DNA of 60,947 nt, counting the filler. It is 5 parts of 5 records of this genome, joined end to end, with 100 filler letters (N's around TTAATTAATTAA, not from the genome) between each part and the next. Parts side by side here need not be neighbours in the genome. Positions count along the whole stretch, not along the records: positions 1 to 14,935 come from SRR2962707_626; positions 15,036 to 31,315 come from SRR2962707_633; 3 more parts are not named here. One strand, given 5' to 3'. Below, in pieces: positions 9,904 to 19,707 of this stretch (its first letter is position 1; every line of letters begins with the position of its first letter). The notes below the pieces were generated by a model. The model did no database searches and had not been told where the DNA came from. It was given only the letters and a program-made list of their open reading frames with translations. A program made the position numbers and the translations under genes.

Positions 9904-11121
9904 TTGGATTTTGATAGTTTTTTTGCTGAAAGGCTCAGCGAACTTCATGAAGCGGGTAATTACCGTGTTTTTGCAGAGTTAGAGCGTAATGCCGGCGAAT
10001 TTCCAAAAGCAACGCTATACCGCGATGATGGTTCAACCAATGAAGTAACCGTTTGGTGTTCAAACGACTATTTGGGCATGGGCCAGCATCCAGATGTAAC
10101 TGCGGCAATGCATAATGCAATTGATACTTGCGGCACGGGCGCAGGCGGCACGCGCAATATTTCGGGCACCAACCACCACCATGTTTTACTTGAAGCTGAA
10201 CTGGCTGATCTGCACGGTAAAGAAGCTGCGCTGATCTTTACATCTGGCTATGTGTCTAACTGGGCCGCGCTTGGAACTTTGTTGTCAAAAACGCCAAACA
10301 TCATTTGTTATACCGATGCGCTCAACCACGCATCGATGATTGAAGGTATTCGCCATTCACGTTGCGAAAAACGCATTTTCCGCCACAATGATGTAAAACA
10401 TCTTGAAGAGCTTATGGCCGCTGATGATCCAAATGCGCCTAAATTGGTTGCTTTTGAAAGCGTCTACTCTATGGACGGCGATATCGCGCCAATTAAAGAA
10501 ATATGCGATGTGGCCGATAAGTTCGGTGCATTTACTTATATCGACGAAGTCCATGCCGTTGGCATGTATGGTCCACGCGGAGGCGGTGTTGCCGAGCGCG
10601 AAGGCCTGATGGAACGCATTGACGTTATAGAAGGTACACTCGGCAAAGCATTTGGCGTTATGGGCGGTTATATTACTGGCTCTAAAAACCTGATCGATTT
10701 TGTTCGTAGCTATGCAAGCGGCTTTATTTTCTCAACGGCGCTGCCACCGGCAATTGCTGCGGGTGCTACTGCATCCATCAAACATTTGAAACAATCACGC
10801 GTAGAACGCGAAATGCACAAAGAGCGCGTGGCTGAAGTGCGTGCAGCGCTTGATAAGCATGGCATTCCGCACATTCCAAACCCGTCACACATTGTGCCGG
10901 TGATGGTTGGCAATGCAGCAAAATGTAAATGGATTAGCGATATTTTGCTCGATCAATATGGCATTTATGTTCAGCCGATTAATTACCCAACGGTCCCCGT
11001 GGGTACAGAGCGTTTGCGCATCACACCAACGCCGTTCCACACGGCAGATGATATTGCGCAGCTTGCAAAATCATTGAGTGATCTATGGTCACAATGCGCT
11101 CTCGCGCGACAGGTTGCTTAA
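9904..11121 (+). CDS. hemA: 5-aminolevulinate synthase
   Basis: [42 protein letters not shown] and INYPTVP motifs; TTG start. Confidence 0.96.
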   Translation: MDFDSFFAERLSELHEAGNYRVFAELERNAGEFPKATLYRDDGSTNEVTVWCSNDYLGMGQHPDVTAAMHNAIDTCGTGAGGTRNISGTNHHHVLLEAELADLHGKEAALIFTSGYVSNWAALGTLLSKTPNIICYTDALNHASMIEGIRHSRCEKRIFRHNDVKHLEELMAADDPNAPKLVAFESVYSMDGDIAPIKEICDVADKFGAFTYIDEVHAVGMYGPRGGGVAEREGLMERIDVIEGTLGKAFGVMGGYITGSKNLIDFVRSYASGFIFSTALPPAIAAGATASIKHLKQSRVEREMHKERVAEVRAALDKHGIPHIPNPSHIVPVMVGNAAKCKWISDILLDQYGIYVQPINYPTVPVGTERLRITPTPFHTADDIAQLAKSLSDLWSQCALARQVA

Positions 11122-11156
11122 ATTAAATACGTCGCTTGAACGAACGAGCGCTTTTA

Positions 11157-11187
11157 GCCCGCATCTTAATACGATGCGGGCATTTTT
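11157..11187. terminator. Intrinsic terminator between hemA and the TerC gene
   Basis: GCCCGCATC-N7-GATGCGGGC followed by ATTTTT. Confidence 0.7.
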
Positions 11188-11191
11188 GTAT

Positions 11192-12001
11192 TTATCGACC
11201 AGTTCTACGGGTGCGTTTCTGGTTCTCAGCAACGAGCTTTTTCTGGTAGCGACCCTGAACAATCTCTACCAAAACCATCGTAACGAGCACGAAGTAGAAT
11301 GTCGCTTTGCTCATGGATTCGATTGCATAACCAAAGAACGTTAGATGTGCCAAATGACCGCCATCGCTGGTCAGCAATATGCCGACGAGCAATAGGATGA
11401 AGAGGCCAACCACTTCATACATGCGGTTCTTGTTCAAGAAGGCTGCGACTGTATCAGCCATCAAAACCATAAGCCCGCCTGAAATGATAATCGCCAGCAC
11501 CATAACAGGGAAAACATCGGTCAAGGCAACAGCAGAAAGCACTGTGTCAAAAGAGAAGACGACGTTCATCGCCAATATCCAAAACAGCGCCTTTGCAGGT
11601 GATTTGCTTTCGCGATTGCCGGTGTCTTCATGCATATCGTCAAGTGCGAGCATATGCGTGATTTCTTTGATCGCGGTATAAATGAGGAAGATGCCGCCCG
11701 CCAACACGATAATTGCATGGCCGCTGACCTGTCCCTCAACGAATGGTGGGAGATTAATTGTGTAGAATGGCTCATCAAAAAGCTGGATCAGATGCAAAAC
11801 AATGAATAGCAGCGCGATACGCAGCACAATCGCAAGCGTCGTACCAAGGCGGCGAATTCGCGCCTCGTGTTGCGGGCCAGCTTTTTTAGCCTCCAAGGAA
11901 ATATAAAGTAGATTGTCAAACCCAAGCACTGTTTCCAATGCGCTCAAGACCAACAGGGTTGTCAAATTGTGCAGCGTGAAAAGCTCGGTCAGATAATCCA
12001 T
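11192..12001 (-). CDS. TerC family membrane protein
   Basis: LETVLGFDNL and VVFSFDTV motifs; multiple TM segments. Confidence 0.88.
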   Translation of the reverse strand: MDYLTELFTLHNLTTLLVLSALETVLGFDNLLYISLEAKKAGPQHEARIRRLGTTLAIVLRIALLFIVLHLIQLFDEPFYTINLPPFVEGQVSGHAIIVLAGGIFLIYTAIKEITHMLALDDMHEDTGNRESKSPAKALFWILAMNVVFSFDTVLSAVALTDVFPVMVLAIIISGGLMVLMADTVAAFLNKNRMYEVVGLFILLLVGILLTSDGGHLAHLTFFGYAIESMSKATFYFVLVTMVLVEIVQGRYQKKLVAENQKRTRRTGR

Positions 12002-12056
12002 ATTAGCCTCATTAGGGGAACTTGATGCGCTTGATTATCAGAGCCTTCTAAATTCG

Positions 12057-13010
12057 TCACCCCTTTGCAGAGTGGTTACAAGCCGTTTTAGCAAATTCTA
12101 TGAAAAGCGCAGTTGCCTTGTCTTGGTCCAAATCATTGAGTGTTTCATGGCGTGCCTCTGGCATCAAATTCAATTCAACATGGCTAAAGTCTGCGGCTTT
12201 AAGCCTTGCAACCTGCGCTGAAACCACTGTGCCTTTGTCTGTCGCTGGATCCTGCCCTCCGCCAAGAAGCATGAGAGGCAGGGCCTTTGCGTCTGTTGAA
12301 GCATCGCTCACATCGCCGCCTGCAAAAATCATGTCAAACAAATCAAGCCAAAGGCCGACAGAAGCATCCCAGCCGCAAAGCGGGTCGGCAATATAGGCAT
12401 CCACTTCGCTTTCTATATGCGATAGCCAATCAAATCCCGTGCGCCGATCTTTGATCTGCTTGCCCCAAGCACCAAATGTGAGCTTCGGCAAAATTTGTGA
12501 TGGCACATCCGACCCCATGCGAAAGCGCTCATATTTAAGCAACGCCTTGGCTAAATGGCCCAAAAGCCCGCCAGAGAAATTCGAATTCCAAACCGCTGCC
12601 CCATCAAGCCTATCGGCATAGCGCAGCGCATAATTCATCGTGATGAGACCGCCCATCGAGTGGCCAAACATGATCAGCGGCAGATCGGGATTTTCATTGC
12701 GCGCATACTCTTGAACCGCAGCGCAGTCCTGCATGACCAAATCAACGCCGCTGCCTTTAGCTGAGAACGTGCCGAGCGGCGCATCGGGCGCTTTGGTGTC
12801 GCCATGGCCGCGATGGTCATGCGCGTAGACGCTAAACCCTGCTTGGCTGAGAGCATGGGCAAAGCGGGTATAGCGCTCGCTATGTTCTGCCAGTCCATGA
12901 TTAATATGGACAATGCCAATGGCGTTGCCGTCAGCAGGCGTAAAATTGACCCGTAGTGCCGCGCCTGTCGGGCTATCTAGCGTGAACTGCTTTTCGAATG
13001 TCGCCATCAT
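12057..13010 (-). CDS. Alpha/beta hydrolase (lysophospholipase-like)
   Basis: HGLAEH, DHRGHG, GHSMGG nucleophile elbow, RHETLN. Confidence 0.9.
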   Translation of the reverse strand: MMATFEKQFTLDSPTGAALRVNFTPADGNAIGIVHINHGLAEHSERYTRFAHALSQAGFSVYAHDHRGHGDTKAPDAPLGTFSAKGSGVDLVMQDCAAVQEYARNENPDLPLIMFGHSMGGLITMNYALRYADRLDGAAVWNSNFSGGLLGHLAKALLKYERFRMGSDVPSQILPKLTFGAWGKQIKDRRTGFDWLSHIESEVDAYIADPLCGWDASVGLWLDLFDMIFAGGDVSDASTDAKALPLMLLGGGQDPATDKGTVVSAQVARLKAADFSHVELNLMPEARHETLNDLDQDKATALFIEFAKTACNHSAKG

Positions 13011-13153
13011 CAATCTCACTCTTTGCCCCATTTTCATGCAAAGCTAGCGTGATTGGTGCAATCAGCCAATGCAAATTCATAAACGATTGTTGCTCAATTG
13101 CTGATTTTCCAATAGACAACCGCAAACTTCCAAACATTTCGGAGCCGCGCTAC

Positions 13154-14803
13154 ATGGCACGCCAATATATTTATCACATGTCTGGCCTCAACAAGGTCTA
13201 TGGATCGAAAAAGATCCTCGAGAATATCCACCTGCAATTCTACGGCGATGCCAAAATCGGCATTTTGGGGCCCAATGGCGCGGGTAAATCAACCGTCATG
13301 CGCATCATGGCTGGTCTTGATAATGAGTTTACTGGTGAAGCATGGATCGCCGAAGGCGCGACACGCGGATATTTGCCACAAGAGCCGCAGCTAGACCAGT
13401 CGCTAACTGTGATGGAAAACGTGATGCTTGGCGTTGCCTCTAAGAAGGCAATTCTTGATCGTTATAACGAATTGATGATGAACTACTCGGACGAAACCGC
13501 CGAAGAGGGTTCTAAACTTCAAGATGAAATCGACGCGCAGAACCTATGGGACTTGGAAAGCCAAGTTGAACAGGCGATGGATGCGCTGCGTTGCCCGCCA
13601 GGCGATGCCGCTGTCGATAAATTATCTGGGGGCGAGGTTCGCCGCGTTGCGCTTTGCCAGTTGTTGCTAAGCCAGCCTGATATGTTGCTGCTCGATGAGC
13701 CAACCAACCATTTGGACGCAGAGACAATCGCGTGGCTTGAAAAGCATTTGCGCGAATATCCAGGCTCCGTCTTGATGATCACCCACGATCGCTACTTCCT
13801 TGATAATGTGACGGGCTGGATTTTGGAACTCGACCGTGGTCGCGGCCTTCCTTATGAGGGCAACTACACCGCCTATCTTCAAGCTAAAGCCAAACGCCTT
13901 CACCAAGAGGGACGCGAAGACGCAGCCAAACAGAAATCTTTGGCCCGCGAGCAAGAGTGGATGGCTTCATCGCCAAAAGCCCGTCAGGCAAAATCAAAAG
14001 CCCGTATCAAGGCCTATGATGAATTGGTAGAAAACGCCGCCAACCGCAAACCGGGCGATGCGCAGATCATCATTCCTGCAGGTGAGCGCCTTGGTAATGT
14101 GGTGATTGAAGCCGAAGGCCTCACCAAAGCCTATGGCGACCGCGTACTTATCGACAATCTGACTTTCAAATTGCCTCCGGGCGGTATTGTGGGTGTGATC
14201 GGACCAAACGGCGCGGGTAAGTCAACCCTGTTCCGTATGATTACTGGCCAAGAACAGCCAGACAGCGGCACCATCACCATCGGTGAAACCGTGCATTTGT
14301 CTTATGTGGACCAGAGCCGCGATGCGCTCGATCCAAAAGCAACTGTCTGGGAAGAAATTTCTGGCGGCAATGACATTTTGAAACTCGGCGTTCACGAGAT
14401 GAACAGCCGTGCCTATTGCGGCGCGTTCAACTTTAAGGGCGGCGATCAGCAGCAGCCTGTTGGCACGCTATCAGGCGGTCAGCGTAACCGTGTGCATTTG
14501 GCCAAAATGGTCAAAAGCGGCGGCAATGTTTTGCTTCTCGATGAGCCGACCAACGATTTGGACACAGAGACATTGGGCGCTCTGGAAGAGGCGCTTGAAA
14601 ACTATGCAGGCTGCGCCGTGGTCATCAGCCACGACAGGATGTTCCTTGACCGCTTGGCAACGCACATCTTGGCCTTTGAAGGCGACAGCCATGTAGAATG
14701 GTTTGAAGGCAACTTTGAGGACTATGAGGCAGACAAAATCCGCCGTCTTGGTCCTGACAGCGTCAACCCAAAACGCGTGACTTATAAGCGCCTAACGCGT
14801 TAA
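13154..14803 (+). CDS. ettA: Energy-dependent translational throttle ABC-F protein EttA
   Basis: Two ABC domains ([25 protein letters not shown]) and the [13 protein letters not shown] linker; start at MARQYIY. Confidence 0.95.
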   Translation: MARQYIYHMSGLNKVYGSKKILENIHLQFYGDAKIGILGPNGAGKSTVMRIMAGLDNEFTGEAWIAEGATRGYLPQEPQLDQSLTVMENVMLGVASKKAILDRYNELMMNYSDETAEEGSKLQDEIDAQNLWDLESQVEQAMDALRCPPGDAAVDKLSGGEVRRVALCQLLLSQPDMLLLDEPTNHLDAETIAWLEKHLREYPGSVLMITHDRYFLDNVTGWILELDRGRGLPYEGNYTAYLQAKAKRLHQEGREDAAKQKSLAREQEWMASSPKARQAKSKARIKAYDELVENAANRKPGDAQIIIPAGERLGNVVIEAEGLTKAYGDRVLIDNLTFKLPPGGIVGVIGPNGAGKSTLFRMITGQEQPDSGTITIGETVHLSYVDQSRDALDPKATVWEEISGGNDILKLGVHEMNSRAYCGAFNFKGGDQQQPVGTLSGGQRNRVHLAKMVKSGGNVLLLDEPTNDLDTETLGALEEALENYAGCAVVISHDRMFLDRLATHILAFEGDSHVEWFEGNFEDYEADKIRRLGPDSVNPKRVTYKRLTR

Positions 14804-14906
14804 TTTAGCTTGGTTTATCATGCGCAATTTGCTTGCACGAGATCACCAAAGCTAATAAATTGCATTGATATGAGAAGGGCCATTTGATTGGCCCTTTATA
14901 CCATTC

Positions 14907-14935
14907 GCCGCTTTAGCTCAGGTGGTAGAGCACAT
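14907..14935 (+). tRNA. 5' half of a tRNA, probably tRNA-Thr, truncated by contig end
   Basis: GCCGCTTTAGCTCAGGTGGTAGAGCACAT gives the acceptor 5' strand and D-arm. The anticodon is not visible, so the Thr identity is from recalled similarity. Confidence 0.7.
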
Positions 14936-15035
14936 NNNNNNNNNNNNNNNNNNNNNNNNNNNNNNNNNNNNNNNNNNNNTTAATTAATTAANNNNNNNNN
15001 NNNNNNNNNNNNNNNNNNNNNNNNNNNNNNNNNNN
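14936..15035. other. Artificial contig linker
   Basis: N-run + TTAATTAATTAA (stops in all six frames) + N-run, 100 nt. Confidence 0.98.
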
Positions 15036-15488
15036 GAGCTTCACGAAATTGCGGAAATCCTCGATGGTGCCGTAACGCCGCCCGTTATCCAGATCGCGCA
15101 CGAACGGCGGGCCATAGACCGGCGCAAACACCGTGTGATTGCCCCCGATCTCGACGTTGCGGGCCGAATTGCGGGCGTGTTGCGTGAATTGGGCCGGGGC
15201 TGTGGCCAGCAGGCTTTTGCAAAGTCCCTTGGGGAAGTGGATGCGCGTGCCCTGCACGTCGGCGCCGGCGTCCTTGAACATCGCCAGCGCTTCCTCATCG
15301 TCGCGGAATTCAATACCGATCTCTTCCAGAATAAGATCGGCATTGGCTTCTATCATCTCGATCGCTTCGGGCGATGCCAGTTCGAGCATCGGGACGTTCC
15401 GGATGATATAGGGCTTGCTGACGGCGCCCGATTTCTCGCGGGCTTCACGGCGGGCATCACGGCCCCGGCGGGCTGTACGTTCGGACAT
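15036..15488 (-). CDS. Trimethylamine methyltransferase (MttB/MtgB) family, N-terminal fragment
   Basis: ILEEIGIEF, APAQFTQHARN, FAPVYGPPFVRD and RRYGTIEDFRNFVKL motifs; truncated at linker. Confidence 0.85.
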
Positions 15489-15625
15489 GGCGTCCACTCC
15501 AATAGGAACGGCATGGCATATGACCAACCGTTCAGGTCAAGAATACTCCTGTTATCCTGATAAACCTGCGTCGTTTCTTCGACTGATCCAACGGCGTCAT
15601 TTTGTAGTCAAAAGCCGCCGTGTTT

Positions 15626-15719
15626 CCCTCATCCTTTCCATCTCTGATGGGAGATGGAACTCTCGGGTCAATTGGCCCTCTCCTCGGGGAGAGGGCGGCG
15701 TGCAGCGCCGGGTGAGGGG
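15626..15719. repeat. REP/RIME-like palindromic intergenic element (two inverted units)
   Basis: Minus-strand CCCCTCACCCGG...CCCTCTCCCCGAGGAGAGGG (15675-15719) and degenerate plus-strand CCCTCATCC..TTCCATCTC-N6-GAGATGGAA (15626-15659). Confidence 0.6.
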
Positions 15720-15726
15720 CAGGACT

Positions 15727-17235
15727 TCACTTCCAGATCGGCTTGCCCGAGCCCGGAATACCGAGGCTTTCCCACATTTTGTCCACTTTTTTGACGACAT
15801 CGTCGTCCATACGGATTTTTTTGCCCCACTCACGGTGGGTTTCGGGCGGCAGCTTACTCGTCGCGTCAATGCCGAGCTTGCCGCCGAGGCCGGACTCCGG
15901 TGAGGCAAAGTCGAGATAATCTATCGGCGTATTGTCGATCACCGTCAGGTCGCGGCTGGGGTCGACATTGGTCGAAATCGCCCAGATCACGTCGTTCCAG
16001 TCACGGGCATTGATATCCTCATCCACAACGATCACGAACTTGGTGTACATGAACTGGCGCAGATATGACCACACCGCCAGCATGATCCGCTTGGCATGCC
16101 CGGGGTACGCCTTTTTCATCGATACGACCGCCACGCGGTAGGAACACCCCTCCGGCGGCAGCCAGAAATCCACGATTTCCGGGAACTGCTGCTGTAAGAG
16201 CGGCACAAATACGTCGTTCAAGGCTTCACCGAGTACCGACGGCTCATCCGGCGGCCGCCCGGTATAGGTCGAGAGATAAATCGGGTTCTTACGCATAGTG
16301 ATGGCGGTAGCCGTAAACACCGGGAAGGATTCGACCGAATTGTAATACCCGGTATGATCCCCATAGGGGCCTTCATCACCGTATTCCGTCAGCGAAACCG
16401 TCCCTTCGATGACGATTTCCGCTTCGGCCGGCACTTTCAGCGGCTGTGTCACACAATCCACCAGTTCGACCTTTTTACCCCGAAGGAGCCCAGCGAACTG
16501 GTATTCCGACAAAGTGTCTGGCACCGGTGTGACAGCCGCCAGAATCGTGCCCGGATCGGCGCCAAGGACGACCGCAGCGGGTAACGGCTCCGGCTTTTCA
16601 GACTTCCAGCGCTGATGATGCTGCGCCCCGCCCCGGTGTTTGAGCCAGCGCATCAGGGTCGTGTTTTTACCCGTCACCTGCATCCGGTAAATGCCAAGGT
16701 TATAGGCATCCCGCTTATCCGACCCCGGGCCCTTGGTCACCACAAGCGGCCAGGTGATCAGCGGTGCCGGCTCGCCCGGCCAACAGGTCTGGATCGGCAG
16801 TTTTCCAAGATCGATATCGTCCCCTGTCAGGACCGTTTCCTGGCAATATGCCGTACCGGAATCCTTAGGTTTCATCGCCATGACGGTTTTCATGAGCGGC
16901 AGCATATCAAGGGCTTCACGCCAGCCACCGGGGGGTTCCGGTTGGCGCAGGAATGCCAAAGTTTCACCGATTTCCCGCAATTCCGACGGTTCACGGTTCA
17001 TACCCCATGCCACCCGCTCCACGGTCCCGAACAGGTTAACCAGCACCGGCATGTCGGATGGCGTGCCGTCGGCCTTGATGACATTCTCAAAAATAATCAC
17101 CGGGCCACCTTCGGCCAGAACGCGGGTCTGGATTTCCGTCATCTCAAGAACAGTGCTTACAGGTGCCGAAACACGCACCAACCGGCCCTCTTTCTCAAGG
17201 TGGTTGATGAAATCCCTCAGGGAACTGTAAGCCAT
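15727..17235 (-). CDS. ubiD: UbiD family decarboxylase (4-hydroxy-3-polyprenylbenzoate decarboxylase)
   Basis: [33 protein letters not shown] and [10 protein letters not shown] motifs. Confidence 0.93.
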   Translation of the reverse strand: MAYSSLRDFINHLEKEGRLVRVSAPVSTVLEMTEIQTRVLAEGGPVIIFENVIKADGTPSDMPVLVNLFGTVERVAWGMNREPSELREIGETLAFLRQPEPPGGWREALDMLPLMKTVMAMKPKDSGTAYCQETVLTGDDIDLGKLPIQTCWPGEPAPLITWPLVVTKGPGSDKRDAYNLGIYRMQVTGKNTTLMRWLKHRGGAQHHQRWKSEKPEPLPAAVVLGADPGTILAAVTPVPDTLSEYQFAGLLRGKKVELVDCVTQPLKVPAEAEIVIEGTVSLTEYGDEGPYGDHTGYYNSVESFPVFTATAITMRKNPIYLSTYTGRPPDEPSVLGEALNDVFVPLLQQQFPEIVDFWLPPEGCSYRVAVVSMKKAYPGHAKRIMLAVWSYLRQFMYTKFVIVVDEDINARDWNDVIWAISTNVDPSRDLTVIDNTPIDYLDFASPESGLGGKLGIDATSKLPPETHREWGKKIRMDDDVVKKVDKMWESLGIPGSGKPIWK

Positions 17236-17409
17236 TCGTTTTACTCCTGTGAACGGCGCAAGGTTGACCCTTTCCGTGCATCGTGGTCAAGCACGCCGGA
17301 AAAAACCTCAGATCATGGCGTGACCATTGTCAATCAATGGCTTAAACGTCTAGAGTCCGAGACAGGGGTTCAATAATTAGCGTCAAAATGGCGTGTGTTA
17401 CCGGGAAGC

Positions 17410-19236
17410 ATGAATAACATGGCTGATGGCACGACCGATACCAATGAAGGGCTGAGCTTATCAAGCCTGCAAAGGCTGATCGATATTGGTATCGCCCTTT
17501 CAGCGGAACGCGATACCAACGTATTGATGGAAACGATTCTGCTGGAGGCCAAGAGCCTCGCCAATGCAGATGGCGGCACGCTTTATATCCGCACCGATGA
17601 TAATCGTCTGCGCTTTGAGATCATGCGCACGGACAGCCTCGATATCGCCATGGGCGGCACCACCGGCAAGGATATCAATTTTCCGCCGCTGACACTGGTC
17701 GATCCGAAAACCGGCGAGGAAAACCACAAGAACGTGGCGTCCGCCGCCGCGTTGACCGGCGAATCAATCAACATCCCCGACGCCTATCAGAACGACAACT
17801 TCGATTTTTCCGGCACAAAGAAATTCGACGAAGGCACCGGCTACCGCTCGAAATCTTTCCTGTGTGTACCGCTCAGCAATTCGCAGGGCGAAATCATCGG
17901 CGTACTGCAGCTTCTGAACGCCGTCGACAAGCAAACCGGTGACGTTATCGAGTTCGGTGCCGACATCCAGCCGCTGATCGAGGCGTTGGCCTCACAGGCT
18001 GCGGTCGCACTCGACAACCAGCAGCTTCTGGAAGCCCAGAAAAAGCTTCTCGACAGCTTTATCGAGCTGATTGCCTCGGCAATTGACGCCAAATCACCTT
18101 ATACCGGTGGACATTGTCAGCGCGTGCCGGAATTGACGAAGATGCTGGCCGCGGCTGCGTCCGAACAGACGGACGGGCCTTTTGCCGATTTCGACCTGAC
18201 CGAGGAGGAATGGTACGAACTGCACATTGCCGCGTGGTTGCACGATTGTGGCAAGGTAACGACACCTGAATATGTGGTCGACAAGGCAACAAAGCTGGAG
18301 ACCATCTACAACCGTATCCATGAAATCCGCAATCGCTTTGAAATCGTCAAACGAGACCGTGTGATCGCCTATCAGAATGCCGTAATTGACGGTGGCGATG
18401 CAGGGAAACTTCGCGAGGAGCTGGAACAGGACCTGGCTCAGCTGGACGACGATTTCGCGTTTATTGCGGAGAGTAATGTTGGCGGCGAGTTCATGGCACC
18501 GGACAGGATCGAGCGGGTGAAGCAGATCGCCGAAATCAAATGGACCCGCACGCTTTCAGATCGGCTGGGTCTGTCATACGAAGAACTCAAACGGGTCGAA
18601 CGCGAACCTGAACCAGCGCTACCATGCGAGGAAAATCTGCTCGCCGACCGATACGATCACATCATCTATCGCGAAGGCATGGAGCAGACTGCCGCTGAGG
18701 ACAATCCCTGGGGCTTCAAACTCGATGTCCCGGAACACAAATACAATCTGGGTGAAATCTACAACCTGTGCATTGCCCGCGGCACTCTGACCGAAGAAGA
18801 ACGCTTCAAGATCAATGACCATATCGTGCAGACGATCATCATGCTGGAAGCCCTGCCCTTCCCGAAACACCTGGCCCGCGTCCCGGAATTCGCCGGCGGT
18901 CACCATGAGAAAATGGACGGCACCGGCTATCCGAAAAAGCTCAACAAGGATCACATGTCCGTCCCTGCCCGGATAATGGCTATCGCCGATATCTTCGAGG
19001 CCCTGACCGCTGCCGACCGGCCTTACAAGGCCCCGAAGAAACTCTCCGACAGCGTCAAGATCATGTCCTTCATGAAAAAGGACGCGCATATCGATGACGA
19101 ACTGTTCGAACTGTTTCTGACGTCAGGTGTCTACAAGGAATACGCAGAGCGCTTCCTGATGCCTGAGCAGCTGGATGACGTTGACATCAACCAGTATCTG
19201 CCGAAACCGGAAGAAGCCGAAGCCGGCGACGATTGA
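17410..19236 (+). CDS. GAF domain + HD-GYP phosphodiesterase
   Basis: N-terminal GAF (GYRSKSFLCVPL..GVLQLLN); TGGHCQRV, LHDCGK, HHEKMDGTGYP and ADIFEALTAADRPYK. Confidence 0.9.
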   Translation: MNNMADGTTDTNEGLSLSSLQRLIDIGIALSAERDTNVLMETILLEAKSLANADGGTLYIRTDDNRLRFEIMRTDSLDIAMGGTTGKDINFPPLTLVDPKTGEENHKNVASAAALTGESINIPDAYQNDNFDFSGTKKFDEGTGYRSKSFLCVPLSNSQGEIIGVLQLLNAVDKQTGDVIEFGADIQPLIEALASQAAVALDNQQLLEAQKKLLDSFIELIASAIDAKSPYTGGHCQRVPELTKMLAAAASEQTDGPFADFDLTEEEWYELHIAAWLHDCGKVTTPEYVVDKATKLETIYNRIHEIRNRFEIVKRDRVIAYQNAVIDGGDAGKLREELEQDLAQLDDDFAFIAESNVGGEFMAPDRIERVKQIAEIKWTRTLSDRLGLSYEELKRVEREPEPALPCEENLLADRYDHIIYREGMEQTAAEDNPWGFKLDVPEHKYNLGEIYNLCIARGTLTEEERFKINDHIVQTIIMLEALPFPKHLARVPEFAGGHHEKMDGTGYPKKLNKDHMSVPARIMAIADIFEALTAADRPYKAPKKLSDSVKIMSFMKKDAHIDDELFELFLTSGVYKEYAERFLMPEQLDDVDINQYLPKPEEAEAGDD

Positions 19237-19244
19237 GGCCGGCC

Positions 19245-19697
19245 ATGGTTCAGATTTACGTCGATGCCGACGCCTGCCCCGTCAAGGACGAGACTGTTCG
19301 TGTTGCCGCCCGGCACAATCTGAAAACCTGGATGGTCTGTGACGGCGGTATCCGCCCAAGCCCAGATCCGATGGTTGAACTGATCATCGTCACACAGGGT
19401 GCGGACGCCGCGGATGACTGGATCGCCGAACATATTTCTTCCGCCGACGTATGCGTCACCAATGACATCCCCCTTGCGGCACGTTGCCTCGAAAAGGCAG
19501 CCAAAGCGATCAAGCCGAATGGTGACGTCTTCACCGAGAGCATGATCGGCATGGCGCTGGCGAACCGGGAGCTTATGCAGGGACTACGTGAAACCGGTCA
19601 GATTACCGGCGGCCCGGCGGCATTTTCCAAGTCAGACAGATCAAACTTTCTGAACAGGTTTGAAACACTGGTTCAAGCGGCGATCAGAGAAGCCTGA
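19245..19697 (+). CDS. YaiI/YqxD (UPF0178) family protein
   Basis: IYVDADACPVK, ADAADDWI, TNDIPLA and GGP..FS..DRS motifs. Confidence 0.9.
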   Translation: MVQIYVDADACPVKDETVRVAARHNLKTWMVCDGGIRPSPDPMVELIIVTQGADAADDWIAEHISSADVCVTNDIPLAARCLEKAAKAIKPNGDVFTESMIGMALANRELMQGLRETGQITGGPAAFSKSDRSNFLNRFETLVQAAIREA

Positions 19698-19707
19698 GGA
19701 ACCCCAA

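Noticed and set aside
12998-13153. N-terminal extension of EttA (similar extensions for cysH, hmuV, trpG, rsfS and the deacetylase)
   Set aside because: These are longest-ORF artefacts; downstream starts match the family N-termini and RBS positions
14980-14991. TTAATTAATTAA palindrome recurring four times
   Set aside because: It sits inside N-runs at a fixed position, so it is an artificial six-frame-stop linker
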